In this document: positions 50,176-62,083 of the stretch, piece after piece
How positions within the stretch are numbered: position 1 is the first letter of the stretch
Layout: each line of letters opens with the position of its first letter
NCBI RefSeq assembly: GCF_000281045.1
Contig: NW_008246129.1
Coordinates: 81,316-145,315, forward strand
Direction: 5' to 3'
From: Saprolegnia diclina VS20
Taxonomy: Eukaryota
Length of the DNA: 64,000 bases
Program-made: the position numbers and the translations under genes
The notes under the pieces: generated by a model
Database searches by the model: none
What the model was told of the DNA's origin: nothing
What the model saw: only the letters and a program-made list of their open reading frames with translations

Positions 50176-51727
50176 ATGAGCCGCCGGCAGATCCGATTCG
50201 AAGAATACGCATCGTCCGGACCCGTCGTCGAGCGCGTCGCCTGCAACATGGAGACGAAGCCAGCGCGGGCACCCAAGTTTGCTGCTTCTGCGTCGCACGT
50301 CGCCAACGACGCGTACCTGGCGGCCTTTGACGCCGACCCGCGAAAGCCGTCGTCCAAGCAGCCGCAGCCAGCAAGCATGAGTACCTCGGGAGATGGCAAC
50401 ACTGCTTTGCCCAAGATTGCTGGCGCCGTGCGCGCACATGTGCCCGCGGCCGAACCAACGACCCGTTCATCGTCGTGGACGCGAGGTCCGAGTGATGCTG
50501 CTGGCTCGGCGCAAGCCGTATCCAGCCAACCGCTGACTTGCATGAGCTTGTCGCCGGATGGCTCGGAAGTGGTTGTCGGCAGCTGCGACCACGCGCTCTA
50601 CACGATCCCGCTGCGCAGCTCGGGGTCCAAGAAGGCTCGGGGACTCACGTTGTACACCACGACGTGCGGCCACAAGGAATGGGTCACGGCCGTCGCGCAC
50701 CTTGCCGGTACTGACAGCATTACGAAGTGCCAAAGCGCATGCACATGTAGATGGCCGCGTCGTCTCTGCGGGCATGGACAGCAAACTCTGCCTCTGGGAG
50801 AACGGTGCCGTCGCACGCTGCGAAGACCTGGTGGGCTCTCGAGCCCCACCGTCTCTCGACTATTCAATGTATTAGATGGGCCACGCCGGGTCCATCTCGC
50901 TGATCCAGACGATTGGCAACGACTGGATCGTGAGCGCGAGCTACGACAAGACGTATCGGCTGTGGGACGCGACGCCCGGGCGCCGCGCCGGCAAGAATGG
51001 CCGAGAGAGACATGCGTTGCGCGGCCATGACGCCCCGATTCTCGACTGCAGCCTCTGGGGCTCACGGCTCATTGGCGGCGATCGCAGCGGCTCGGTGCTC
51101 GTTTTCGACGTCGCTGCCTGTACGAGTTGATCGTCAGTCGTCCTCTTGACGTAGCACGACGCTTAGATACTCTCGAGAAGAAGTGGAACGCGGCGCACGA
51201 CGGCCACTGCACGAGTGTTTTGGGCTCGGCGTTTGCACCCGACATTGCGTACAGTGGCGGCCAAGACGGCGTTGTGCAGCGCTGGGACCTGCGCACAAAG
51301 GCGAGCACGCTTGCGCTGCCCGTGCATAGCGGCAAGACAGGCAAAGGCGCCGTACGCTCTCATAAATCATCGGCCAAAAGCTCAGAGACGACTTTAGGTG
51401 AGTTTTCTACGCGAGCAGCCGTCAAACGAACACGTTCTTGTCACGGGGGGTGCTGACGGCAAGGTCCACGTCCTCGACACGCGCCGCAACACGCTCCGGT
51501 CGACGTTTGACAGCCACCAGACGTTCATCTATTCGCTGCATGTGGCCCACGACCTGTGCTTTAGCGGCAGCGGAGACGGGATGCTGCTCGTGCACAACTT
51601 GGCCACCGACGCCTTGTGCTACGGCCTCGGCGCCAACCAAGCGGCGGTGCGGGCCATTGCCACGACGCCCGCTGAGCTCGTTGCGGCCGGTGACGATGGC
51701 GGCGTCCTTGTCTATAACTTTGCGTAA
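50176..51727 (+). CDS. WD40-repeat protein (multi-exon)
   Basis: GHKEWVTAV, VSAGMDSKLCLW, SASYDKTYRLWD, SGGQDGVVQRWDLR, TGGADGKVHVLD, AAGDDGGVLVY. Confidence 0.85.
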
Positions 51728-51975
51728 AGTTATGAATCTACTGGATGGTGTCGATGTGGCGACCTTCTGTGCTCTCGTGAAGGACAAAGCTCTGTGTACC
51801 GGACGGGGGGCATCCGAAGGTACATCAGGCCCAGGCACCAACTGGGATCATCTGCGTAAGGACTGCGTGTGATACCGAGGCCAGTTCGTGCTTGACAAGA
51901 TGCCATTTGTTGGAGTGCTCACCAGTGGTATTAGCAATAAGTTAGTGTTCTATTACGAAATCGACGAGTTTGTAC

Positions 51976-54471
51976 TTAGCCCAAGGTGCGGGCAATGTTG
52001 AGGACGCTCGCAAAGAGCGCGCTGGCCGCGAGCCCTTGCGTCGCATCCGACGCGAACGACGAGCCCGAGAGGAAGAGTGGGAACGCTGCGTGGCGGTCCG
52101 TGTGCAGCGCGAGGCCGACCTGGGCGCCGACCAAATGAGCAAATGGCGCCGACGACGACTGCAGTTGAATCTCAATGCGACCGTTTGCAAGCGTCGTCGT
52201 TGTGCGGGCGGCCTTGGGCAGCTGCGCAAACGCCGGCGCACAGCTTGCGACGTGCGCAATCACTTGGTCGATCGTCGTCACCGCCGTCGGGCACGGCGAG
52301 ACCGGCGACCCGTTGATGGCGTCGGCGGCGTTCAGGTTGAGGCCGAGCTCGCGCGCGAGGAGCACCATCTTCTTGGCCGACGCGACGCCCGTGAGGTCGT
52401 CGAGCACCTCGGCAGGCGCCATTGACGAAAACTGCGCCAAGAGCACGCTGCGAAGCGCCGCCTCGATGGGCGTCGCCGGCGCTTGGTCGAGCTCGAGGAG
52501 CAGCGCGTTCATGACCGAGCTCCACGAAGCCTCAATCTTGGTGATGCTGTCGCCGGTCTGGAGAAGGTTCTGCAGCGTCGAGAGAACGGGCACACCCATC
52601 CCGAGGCAGGCCTCCGTGTCCAAGACGACTTGGTTCTGGGAGGCCGTCTTGCGCAGCGAGAGGGATGCATCGTTGGCGACGTGGAGGTTGTTGCTCACAA
52701 TGAAGCAGTCGGCGGCCAGCCAGCTCGGGTACTGCTTGATCGTCGCGTCGTCGCCCGAGACGTCCAAAACGAGCGCATACGGAATGTGGTCCGTATGCAC
52801 GTGTTGAATGAAGCGGGCCATGTTAAGCGGCTCGGACGTGGCCGACGCGAGCGACGCTGCGTTGAAGCCCGTCGGGTGCAGCTGCATGTGGTCGCGGTCG
52901 GCCACCGCGCGAATGCGCAAGTCGACCTTGTACTTGCGCGCTAGCATGGCGGCTTGCGAGAGGATCTGCGTCTGGAGCGCGGCGCCGACCTTGGAATGCG
53001 CGCCAAGAATACCGATCGAAATGGTTTGGTCCGCAAGGAAGAACGCCGAGTGCACCGCCCGAAGCGCGGCGCCAGAGTCCTCGTAGCGCACGACCGCCGA
53101 GATGTTGCGCTCCGACGAGCCCTGGGAGATGCCGAGGATGTTGATGTCGGCGCGGCCAAGAGCGCCAAAGAAGCGCCCGCAGACACCGGGGGTTTGCGAC
53201 ATGTTGTCGCCGACGGCCGCGATGATGCTTACGGGCGACTCGAACGTCACGGCGTCAATGAGCCCGTGGTGGAGCTCCTTGAAAAAGGCGGCTTCGATCG
53301 CGTCCTTGGCGTCAACCGCGTTGGCCGCGGGGATCGCAAAGCAGATCGAGTGCTCGGAACTGGCCTGCGCAATGAGCACGACGTTGACCTTGATGCGGTC
53401 GAGGGCCGAGAAGAGGCGGGACGCGACGCCGTGGACGCCCACCATGCCAGTGCCCTCGAGGTTGAACATGGCGAGGTGATCGATCGTCGAGAAGCCGCTC
53501 ACAATGTGCTTGGCGGTCGTCGTCGGCGACGTCGGCCGCCGATGAAAAATGCGCGTGCCCGGGTGCGTCGGGTCGAACGTATTCCGGATAAAGATCGGGA
53601 TGCTCTCGGCGACGGCCGGGGCCATCGTCTTGGGGTGGATGACCTTGGCACCAAAGTAGGCCAGCTCCATGGCCTCCTGGTACGAGATCTGCGGGAGGAT
53701 CTTGGCTTCCGGTACGCGGCGCGGGTCGGCGCTGTACACGCCGCTGACGTCGGTCCAGATGGTAATGGACGCGGCCTTGAGCACGCGGCCGAAAATGGAT
53801 GCTGAGAAGTCGCTGCCGTCCCGCTTGAGCGTCGTGACAACGCCGTCGGTCGTCGAACAGATGAAGCCCGTGATGCAGAGGTGCGTCGCGTTGTGGAGTG
53901 CATCCATCTTGGCCCGGAGCTTCGCGGCCGTGAGTTCGTACAAGACGACTGGCCCATGATTCGGATCAATCTCAACCGTAAGCACCTCGCGCGAGTCGAT
54001 GAATGCGAACCGCTCCGTCTTGCCCGCAAGCTCCAAGTTGTGGTTGAGCACGGCCGTCATGATGCGCGCCGACCAGAGTTCGCCGTGGCCGCTCACGAGT
54101 TCCGTCACGTTTTCGTTGTACGAGCGCATGATCGAGATAGCGTGCAGCAGTTCTTGAAGCGTCGCCAAGTCCTGCCGTATCTGGACAAGGATCGCGTCAC
54201 CGACGTCTGGCGGTAGTAGCTCTGCGACGGCGGCCGCGTGCTTGGCCTCGATCTGGTCCACGATCGCTTGGATCGTTGACGTCTGCTTCGTCTTGGCGAG
54301 CTCGACGAGCGAGATGAGGAGGTCAGTGACCTTGGGCTTGCCACCCATGGCCGACACGACGACCGCGATCTTGTCGCTCTCGACACCAGCGACGATGGCC
54401 TGGACGGCCTTCATGGCCTCGGCGTTCCCGACGGACGTTCCGCCAAACTTGTGTACGACGAAGGAAGGCAT
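51976..54471 (-). CDS. Aspartokinase-homoserine dehydrogenase fusion (AK + 2 ACT + degenerate HSDH), intronless, 831 aa
   Basis: VHKFGGTSVG, VVSAMG, GHGELWSA, TTLKRDGSDFSA, WTDVSGVYSADPR, YFGAKVIHP; ACT QASSEHSI and QGSSERNIS; HSDH remnant LLQTGD.I.KIE, DDLTG...KKMVLLARELG. Confidence 0.92.
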   Translation of the reverse strand: MPSFVVHKFGGTSVGNAEAMKAVQAIVAGVESDKIAVVVSAMGGKPKVTDLLISLVELAKTKQTSTIQAIVDQIEAKHAAAVAELLPPDVGDAILVQIRQDLATLQELLHAISIMRSYNENVTELVSGHGELWSARIMTAVLNHNLELAGKTERFAFIDSREVLTVEIDPNHGPVVLYELTAAKLRAKMDALHNATHLCITGFICSTTDGVVTTLKRDGSDFSASIFGRVLKAASITIWTDVSGVYSADPRRVPEAKILPQISYQEAMELAYFGAKVIHPKTMAPAVAESIPIFIRNTFDPTHPGTRIFHRRPTSPTTTAKHIVSGFSTIDHLAMFNLEGTGMVGVHGVASRLFSALDRIKVNVVLIAQASSEHSICFAIPAANAVDAKDAIEAAFFKELHHGLIDAVTFESPVSIIAAVGDNMSQTPGVCGRFFGALGRADINILGISQGSSERNISAVVRYEDSGAALRAVHSAFFLADQTISIGILGAHSKVGAALQTQILSQAAMLARKYKVDLRIRAVADRDHMQLHPTGFNAASLASATSEPLNMARFIQHVHTDHIPYALVLDVSGDDATIKQYPSWLAADCFIVSNNLHVANDASLSLRKTASQNQVVLDTEACLGMGVPVLSTLQNLLQTGDSITKIEASWSSVMNALLLELDQAPATPIEAALRSVLLAQFSSMAPAEVLDDLTGVASAKKMVLLARELGLNLNAADAINGSPVSPCPTAVTTIDQVIAHVASCAPAFAQLPKAARTTTTLANGRIEIQLQSSSAPFAHLVGAQVGLALHTDRHAAFPLFLSGSSFASDATQGLAASALFASVLNIARTLG

Positions 54472-55748
54472 GGAGATGGTAGTGGGCGGTCGAGGAAGCT
54501 CGAGGTAACTTGTGGAATGGGCGGGCGGGACAACGAGGCTGGCTGCTTGCGCGATCTTGGCCGGCCGCCACAAGAAGTTCTCGTGGTCGCCAGCTGGAAA
54601 GATCCGTTATCCTGGTGAATGGTCCGGATCGCAACCACTTGACATTTGTATGCTCCACCACCTGGTGCATTCCCTCAGAAAGCAACCGCCAATGTGGGAC
54701 AGCCGCACGAATCAGAGACATTCCCTCACTCTGTCAGCAGAGACGAAGCGGATGCGCGTCACAGAACCAGCGCGGAACGTTAATTACACAATACCGTGTG
54801 CTCATTGGCTCCTGCGACTGGACTTCAGTGGCCGCGTGGTTTTTTGCACCCGGTAGGGGGGCCTACGTTTTGGAAGTGCCACCGTTGAGTCGACGCTGGT
54901 GGTGGCACCACAACGACGATTCTAGAGGCTGCGCGTCACACAATGGGCTACTTCAAGGCCCGGCAACGCTCCTCCTTCCCGCAATAAGAAATGAGAGCAT
55001 TCATCTCGGTGGTGATGAGAATTTCTGGCAATGTAGCAAGAAAGAGCCTTGAAGGGTTGAACCCATATGAGCGCCACCGGTGACACCCACGATGAGTTGA
55101 CGGTACCGGCGAACCGGCGATGGCGCGCCAACCAGCCTTGAAAGCGCGGTGCTGATGTTGAAGTGGGATTTGCAATCGGTCGCCGTCTGTTCCTTATTTC
55201 ATGGGTCCCCCCACAGGACTGTTTTGGTAGTCCGCCCCCCACCCCTATGATATTCCGTGCAAGCTGCTTGGCTTCGGCGAGGGTCGAATCAAACGAGCAG
55301 CCACGATGAGCAGCGAAGTCCCCGTGATGTCGATGACGCCGACCCAGTTCGAGATGGGAGTGCGTCGCCGCTGCCAGCGACCACGATGGTCTAAGACATG
55401 TGCTTGTAGGAGTGCACGAAGCTGCAGCGCGAGTCGCTCAAGTGCATCGAAGGTAGGCAGCCATGGTACCGCCGTGGGCACTCACCTGCTCTCGCACAGA
55501 AAACTACCGCCAGCGTGACAAGTGCAACGAGTTCTTTGAGCGCTATCGCGAATGCAAGAAGGTTGCAATTCAGCCACCTCGCTGCGACTGACACACTTCT
55601 ATAGGGTCGCCACGCAGCCATCATTGCGGCTCGGCGAGCGGGCAAGCTGGACTAGACACGAGTTACAAACTCGCATGGAGGCAGCTGTCTGCGACTGCGG
55701 CTGTCGCGACCCCACAGCGACTTGTATTACATGGACAATGTAGCAATA

Positions 55749-58700
55749 TCATGCATCTTCGCGATTACCGCGCTTGGCTTTGAGTTCGTCCAGAAACGAC
55801 ATCTTGGGTGGCGTCGGTGCTGCAGTGGGCGCGCTCGGCGGCGCTGGCTCTGCTTTGTTGGCGCGGCGCTTGAGCTCGTCCAGAAAACTGGGACGTGCGC
55901 CCTCTTCGGATGTCGATGGCATTACACTCAGCGGCTTCGTCTTGAGCAGCGGCGATGCACACGGCGAACGCGAGTTGCGCCGGCGCTGAATCTCAGCGAG
56001 GTTGTTGGGCTTGGCGATATCATCCAGCAGCGTAGGCTCGATGATGGAAGGCCGCTTCTTCAGCAGCGACGGTGTCGTGGCCAGGCCCAGCATCTTGAGA
56101 AGCGCGTGAGACTTTGGCTGGGAGGCTGCCTTGGCCGGGACGTTTTCGACCGACTCGGCACTGCTAACCTCGTCGTCGGGCAGCGTTCGAGTGCTTTCGC
56201 AGCGAACAAGGTCCTGCGTCGACTTGCGCGCGCAAAAGTCCGTCTGTAGAAAGTGCAAAACGTTGGGCGACGCCTTGACTGCGCTCACAGTGCGTATCTG
56301 ACTCATGACGTCGTGGACAGCCTTGACGCACGTTTCCTTGGGCGTGCGCTTGGGCACCACTACCTCCTTTGGTACAGTCATCGCCGCCTCCTAGGATATA
56401 TGCAATTCGTTTGCCGTCATGCGGAACGTTCAGTACCTCGGTTTTGGGAAACTCCTTGGACCGCTCAGCAATCGCATTGGTCAGCTCGTGCTTGCGCGCA
56501 AGGGCTTCTTCTTCAGCCGACAGCTTCTTGTGCATGGCGCGTTCCTTGGGCTTGATGTCGGGCGTCGACGAGAAGGGGCCGCGGATCACACCGTGACGGA
56601 TCTCGGGCGGCAAAAGGCGAATGGCAGCGATCTCGTCGAGGTACTGCTCGTGGGTCGGACACGCAACTTGGATTGCGCGCTCTGCGATGACGATTTCGCT
56701 CTTGAGCCCATCGCGCTCCTTGCAGAGCGATTGAAAGATCTTTTTGGCTTCGTCGCTAGAGATTTGCGTCACGACACGTCACGTTCCTGATGCTTACCGA
56801 AGGCGGATGAGCGTCGGCTTGCCAAAACTCTTGATGAGGTCGTCCGAGCGGCAATCTGTGTGTTGCAATCAACATCTTTAGCGCTATGCGGTTGTACCGT
56901 CCGAGACGGCGTGGTATTCTGTCTTGGCGAGCGGGATCTCGTGCTCGACGAGCGCTTGCAAGCGTGCTTTCTTCTGCGCGAGTCGCTTGGCTTGAGTCTC
57001 AAACTTGGCGAGACGCTGCTTGATCTCGTCTTCTGTCGGGTACCGGTACACTGGATTCAAGAGCTGCTTGTCGCTCAGTGGCTTGAGTTTGACCTCAGCC
57101 CGCGCCCCTGCCGTCGCGTTGGGACCAAGTTTCGCATGCGCTGCACGCACCTTTGACGGGATCCCAGCCCGCCTTGACGGTCTCGCCGTGGTACTGCTGC
57201 ACCAGGACCTTGAGATGGGCAATGAAGCCCGCGCGCCACTCGCCCTTTCGACCTTCCTTGTCAAACTCAAAGGCGTCGGGCAGCGCGAGGTAAATCGCTC
57301 GCATCTCAGTGATGTCGTACCTGCGCCGACCATAGTCACCTTTAGCATTTGTGAATCGCACGTACATTTCGAGGTTGGTAAAGCACTGGGCCGTGTCGCC
57401 CGAGATAAAATTGTCCCGCGCCTTGTCGACCTCGTGCGTGACGACCCACTGCAAGAGTCTAGAAAGGCCAGCAATGTGAGTTGAATGGATACGAATGACG
57501 TTCGCTGACTTGTTTTGTTTGAGGTAGTTGACCAAATCACGTGTGTAGAGCACGCCTGCCTGCTTGGCGGCATCCAGGAGCTGATCAACCGACATAGCCG
57601 CGATCGAGTCCGGAATGAGCGAGCACAGCCGCTCCAAGCACACTTGATTGTCGGCCAAGTGGTTGGCGCGCCATGCGTCTTCAAGCCGCTTCATTTCCCC
57701 GGGGTATTCTACAGCCAGCTCCAGCCCAAACACCATCGCAAGAGAACGCACCCTTGGCGTTTTCGCGACGCGAGCGCCAGATTTCCATTTGCTTGAGCGT
57801 CGCGTTGATCTGGCGATCCTTGATCTGGAGCTCCCTGGCGCGGTAGCCCTTGAAGCTTTGGCAGAGCACGGTCGCGCGCTCCACGAGTGCGAGCAGCGTC
57901 TCGCCAGTGGCTTGGGTCACTTCATGGGCTGTCTGTTCCCACTTTAAAACAAGGATCTGCTGTTCAACGAGGTACCTTGAGTAGCTCCCGTGCAGCGGCA
58001 AGAAGGTCCTCCGTCGAGAATTTGGCAATCAAGGTCTGGAGCTTCTCGAGCATCGTTTCCGTGGCTGCAACGACGAGGGTTTGGGCGACGTTTTGCTTTA
58101 AGACGGCTTGTTTGAACTGCTCTTGGATGCTCAGCACGTCTTTCCGAAGGCAGTCCATGGACTGCACTTGCAGAATCGCCATGCTGCCTCGGCGCGTCGG
58201 TGACGCTGTCAGAGGCGCCTTGATGTCAGCAACAAGTTTAGGGTCCTCGACCTTGACCTTGAGTTCCCGAAGACTCTCTTGGGCCTTCGAGAGCTGCGCC
58301 TTGAAGGTTGCAATGTCCTTGGTGTGCTCGTGCAGCCCCCGCAGCAAGGTGTCGAGCTCTACATGCTAAAGTATAAACACCATTTCATGTTTGGAAGTAC
58401 CTTTGGTGTACTCTTCCGTCGGTGAGTTGTGCAAGAGCGATTGTTCGTACAGGAGACGGTCATAGTCGGCCTCGGCCGTCGTAAGATGTCGATCTGCGAC
58501 ATCGAATCCATTGGTCTTGGACGACTCGAGCTTCCACTACGGTTGTGCTGGAATCATGGAGCCGCGTCATTGAGCTACCTGAAGATCTTCGTCGCTCAAG
58601 CCCAGCGTCGACTTGAGCAAATCGATCTGTTCCATGAGCTGCCGGACTTTTGAATCATCTGCCTCAGCCGAGTTGAGAGCAACGGTCTTGGGCGTTGGAA

Positions 58701-59337
58701 ACAAAAAGGGTCCGTCACCGTTATCGTCGAATGCAACTTCTTGCCCACGACCCTAATCCTCTGTTATGAAGCGATTCGACGAGTACACTAGTACCGGTGA
58801 GGTCCGGGGGCTATGTCGTGGCGTGCGCAGTGGGGCAACCCCTGGTCGCTTCTCACCACTGTGCTTGTCAAGGGCGGGCGCACACTTGCGTGAAACGTGC
58901 ACGAGAACGTTGCCTTCGCTCGTGAGACTGCGGCGGATCTTGCGGATCGTGGAGCGCACCGACGGCTCCTTCCCACGCCCTTGGGACATTGTCACTTTCG
59001 TCGTCGTGGACTCGCGGCGACCGCTTTGCGCGGATGCCGGACGACTGCCGCTGCGCGCCGGCGGACTCCGCGGTGACTCCTTCGTTTTAGTAAGGCCAAA
59101 CATCTTGTGCACGTGATCTTTGTGGTCGAGGAGGTGCACGCCTTGCATGTAGAGGCGTGCATACGGTGATTCTTTCTCCTTACGTGGTAGCTTGACGTGC
59201 TCTCTCGGGAGCACAAAGGTGGTTTTGGACGGCGATCGGGCAGGATCGCCAATAAGATACGACGGCCGACGCCCGGGCGCTGATGCCGTGCTCTCTGTCT
59301 GGCTCGGTCGGCCAAACAGCTTGGCTGTCAGCGACAT
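55749..59337 (-). CDS. Large hypothetical coiled-coil protein with two C-terminal SFLDELK motifs (multi-exon)
   Basis: Chain of coding-like exons from MSLTAKLFG (59337) to ...GNREDA* (55749); no named family recognised. Confidence 0.6.
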
Positions 59338-59450
59338 ACCGACTGTCCGTTTCCGCCTGTCTAAATCCGGTTACGCCTGTGATTGGTCAAAATCCAGGAA
59401 GATTTTTAGCCAGTCGTTGCACAGAAGAGCTCATCGAGCTTCATTTGCTC

Positions 59451-60041
59451 ATGCTCCTCCGACGCCTGCAACGCGGCTTGGCCGGCGCGGGCTTTGCCAC
59501 CAAGGCTATCGACGTGCTCACGCCCAAGATGCGGCGCAAGATCGAATCGTTCGTCGAGATCGTTCGTGTCAAGCGCGTAGAGCAGGCCGCGACCTCGGAC
59601 TACACAATCGTGCCCACGACAATGCGGATTCCGAACGCCGAGCCGTGGCCCGCCGACTTCCGCGGCAAGTTCTTTCCATTCACGGACATTCGCAAGTTGC
59701 ACCGTGACGGCCTTCTTCCGCCCGACGTCGAGGCAGAGCTCGAGGCCATGCGGTTTGTCTGGGACGTGAACACGCTTAAATGGCAGCTCAAGATCGACGC
59801 GCTCACGGTGTACAAGTCGATCTATGGCGATACGTACGTGCCGTACAAGTTTGTGTGTCCCGCCGAGGACCCGTGGCCCCGCGACACGTGGCACGCGCCG
59901 CTCGGGAAGCAAGTCTCTAACATCCTCAAGGACTTCCACAGCTCGAGACGCGTTAGGACCCAAGTGTTCAACAACCCGACTCCACGCCAAGCGCAGCTCA
60001 TTGCACTCGACTTTGATTGGGAGGGCTCGGGCTACAGCTAA
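59451..60041 (+). CDS. Helicase-associated (HA) domain protein with mitochondrial-type leader (196 aa, intronless)
   Basis: W..KIDALTVYKSIYGDTYVP...WP...W..PLG..V and LEAMRFVWD / LIALDFDW HA repeats; MLLRRLQRG leader. Confidence 0.8.
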   Translation: MLLRRLQRGLAGAGFATKAIDVLTPKMRRKIESFVEIVRVKRVEQAATSDYTIVPTTMRIPNAEPWPADFRGKFFPFTDIRKLHRDGLLPPDVEAELEAMRFVWDVNTLKWQLKIDALTVYKSIYGDTYVPYKFVCPAEDPWPRDTWHAPLGKQVSNILKDFHSSRRVRTQVFNNPTPRQAQLIALDFDWEGSGYS

Positions 60042-60348
60042 ATGCACCATTTCTTGAACGACAGTGTGGTGATGCGATTTTTGCTCTTTGCGTCCAATGT
60101 TGCGTTGCATGTCTGAGAACGCCAGAGGCAGTAGCATCTCGCACACGGACGTGGCAGCGCGAGGAAAGACAGTTCACGCAACCATTACTGCAAGTAGCCA
60201 CAGCCCGTTTTGGCCGTGAGGTCACTTCGTTTGACCGTCTACATGTACTGTCTGACGTGGCTAAACTTGTGAGCCAGCGACAACGACGACGCGTCAGGGT
60301 GCAATGTATCGAATCAATCAAGCAGCGTTTAACCTGTTGAAAAGTCTT

Positions 60349-61737
60349 CTAGTCGTCCTTTGCCGTCGCATCCAAAACAGCACTTGGAATGCACTCTTCC
60401 AGGGCCGTCTCCACAAGGTCCCGGAGCTCGGGTTGCTCGCCCTTGACGCTCCAGCGATTCGCAATATGACGCTTCATGGCCTTGCCGCCAAACTCGCCCC
60501 TATCAAAATATTAGATAAAGTATCCACTCGATCCATTGAAGCGTACAAGAAGAGGTTGAGAATCGGCTTGAGGAGCGTCGACGTCGGCATGGCGTACTCG
60601 CCGACTTCGCGCCGTTTTTTGCCCCACTTGGCCTGCAGGTCTTCGGCGTAGTCGAGGTACGTGGCGATGATTTCGCGCCGGGAAAAGCCCGGATTCTCGC
60701 AGTCAAAGAGCAGGCGATCCGCGTCGCGAAAGTTCCACGGGTTGTTGTACGCCGCGCGGCCAATCATGACGCCGTCCAGGTTGAGGTCCTTGTCCTACAT
60801 CGTAGTATGACGCGTCGAGCATCATATCGTGTGCGCGTACCTGGAGCAGTGCGTGGGCGTCTTGGATTGAACCGACGCCGCCGTTGAGCATGATGTTGAG
60901 ATGCGGAAAATCCGATTTCAGCCGGCCAACGTAGCTGTAGTTGAGCGCGGGGATCGTTCGGTTCTCGTGCGGGCTCAGCTTGAGACCGTCGAGCCAACAC
61001 TTGCGCGCGTGCACCGTAAAGTCCGTCACACCCGATGCGGCGACGGTCGACACGAAGCTGTGAAAGTGCTCGTAACTGCGCTTCAATATCAGGCTCGGTC
61101 CATTGGTCAACAAACGTACGAGTCGAGATCGTCGACACCGATGCGGCACTTGACTGTGATCGGCGTGGACGCAACTTGCCGAATCATTTCGTAGCAAAGG
61201 TCGCGGACGAGCTCCGGGTTGAGCATAAGGCGCGCGCCAAAGCACTGGCTCGACACCTTGGGCGACGGGCACCCAACGTTGAGATTGATCTCGTGAAAAT
61301 TGCCGTAGGTCTCGGCCATGCGTGCGACCGCTACAGCGTTGTGAGTCAGTTGTTCTGGGATGAAGGGCAGTCGTATTACTCCCGAGGCTCTTGACATCGT
61401 TGCCGCCGAGCTGGAGCGCCAGCGGGTGTTCAATGTCGTCATGACCGAGAAAGTAGTCCAGGTTGTCCTTCTGGTGCAGAAGCTACGGCGGTACAGACAT
61501 GGCATCGTGAGCGCACGCAAGATTCACGCGTCAGTACCGTCTGATCGACGACCATCTCGGTGTACAAGAGCGTCTTGCGTGTGATCTGGCGCATCATGAA
61601 GCGGTAGTGGCGGTCTGTCCAGTCCATCTAGCGCGATAAGATGAGCCAAGTACGCTAGGCATATCCGCGGGTCGCACCATGGGGGCCACCGAGAGCCGCG
61701 TCGGAGCATAAGTCGATGCCATTCGTCTCAAGAGCAT
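60349..61737 (-). CDS. dusA: tRNA-dihydrouridine synthase, DusA type (multi-exon)
   Basis: SVAPM|MDWTDRHYRF, LLYTEMV, EHPLALQLGG, EINLNVGCPSPKV, TVKCRIGVDD, VHARKCWL..LSPHENRTIP, NGGV, MIGRAAY. Confidence 0.92.
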
Positions 61738-61995
61738 GAACCAAGCTCGTCCGTCGCCTTGTTATTGGGAGAGGGCCAATTGCTGCGAGCAAAATCTCTA
61801 CGGCCAATCAAAACCTACCCTCAGGTTCTATGTCCAATCATACGTGGCAAAACGACCTTGCGCAAGGCCATTGGATAAAAATTGGTTTGCGATCCGCCCA
61901 CGAAAGCCTACTTTGTGGAGGTCGCTGGGTCGTCTCGTGAACCAAGGAGCTGTACCCAAGTACTATTGTACATGTTTAGGATGGGATGTCGTACA

Positions 61996-62083
61996 GAGTA
62001 TTTTTCACTTGGTCCCCATTTTGGCGATATATTATCAATTGGTCCCCAACTTTTTGCCAATATTATCACTTGGTCCCCAAGAC
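61996..62083. repeat. Probable Mutator TIR with three ~30-bp subrepeats (core TCA(C/A)TTGGTCCCCA)
   Basis: Cores at 62005, 62035 and 62066 (period 30-31); AT-rich; starts GAGTATTTT; adjacent to the MULE transposase remnant. Confidence 0.6.

Noticed and set aside
54875..54908. GTGCCACC...GGTGGCAC hairpin as a possible tRNA or ncRNA
   Set aside because: No cloverleaf or A/B boxes; 8-bp stems are expected by chance in GC-rich DNA
62001..62083. Three regularly spaced repeats resembling a mini-CRISPR
   Set aside because: The period is only ~30 bp, the intervening bases are themselves similar, the context is eukaryotic with no cas genes, and a Mutator TIR explains it better
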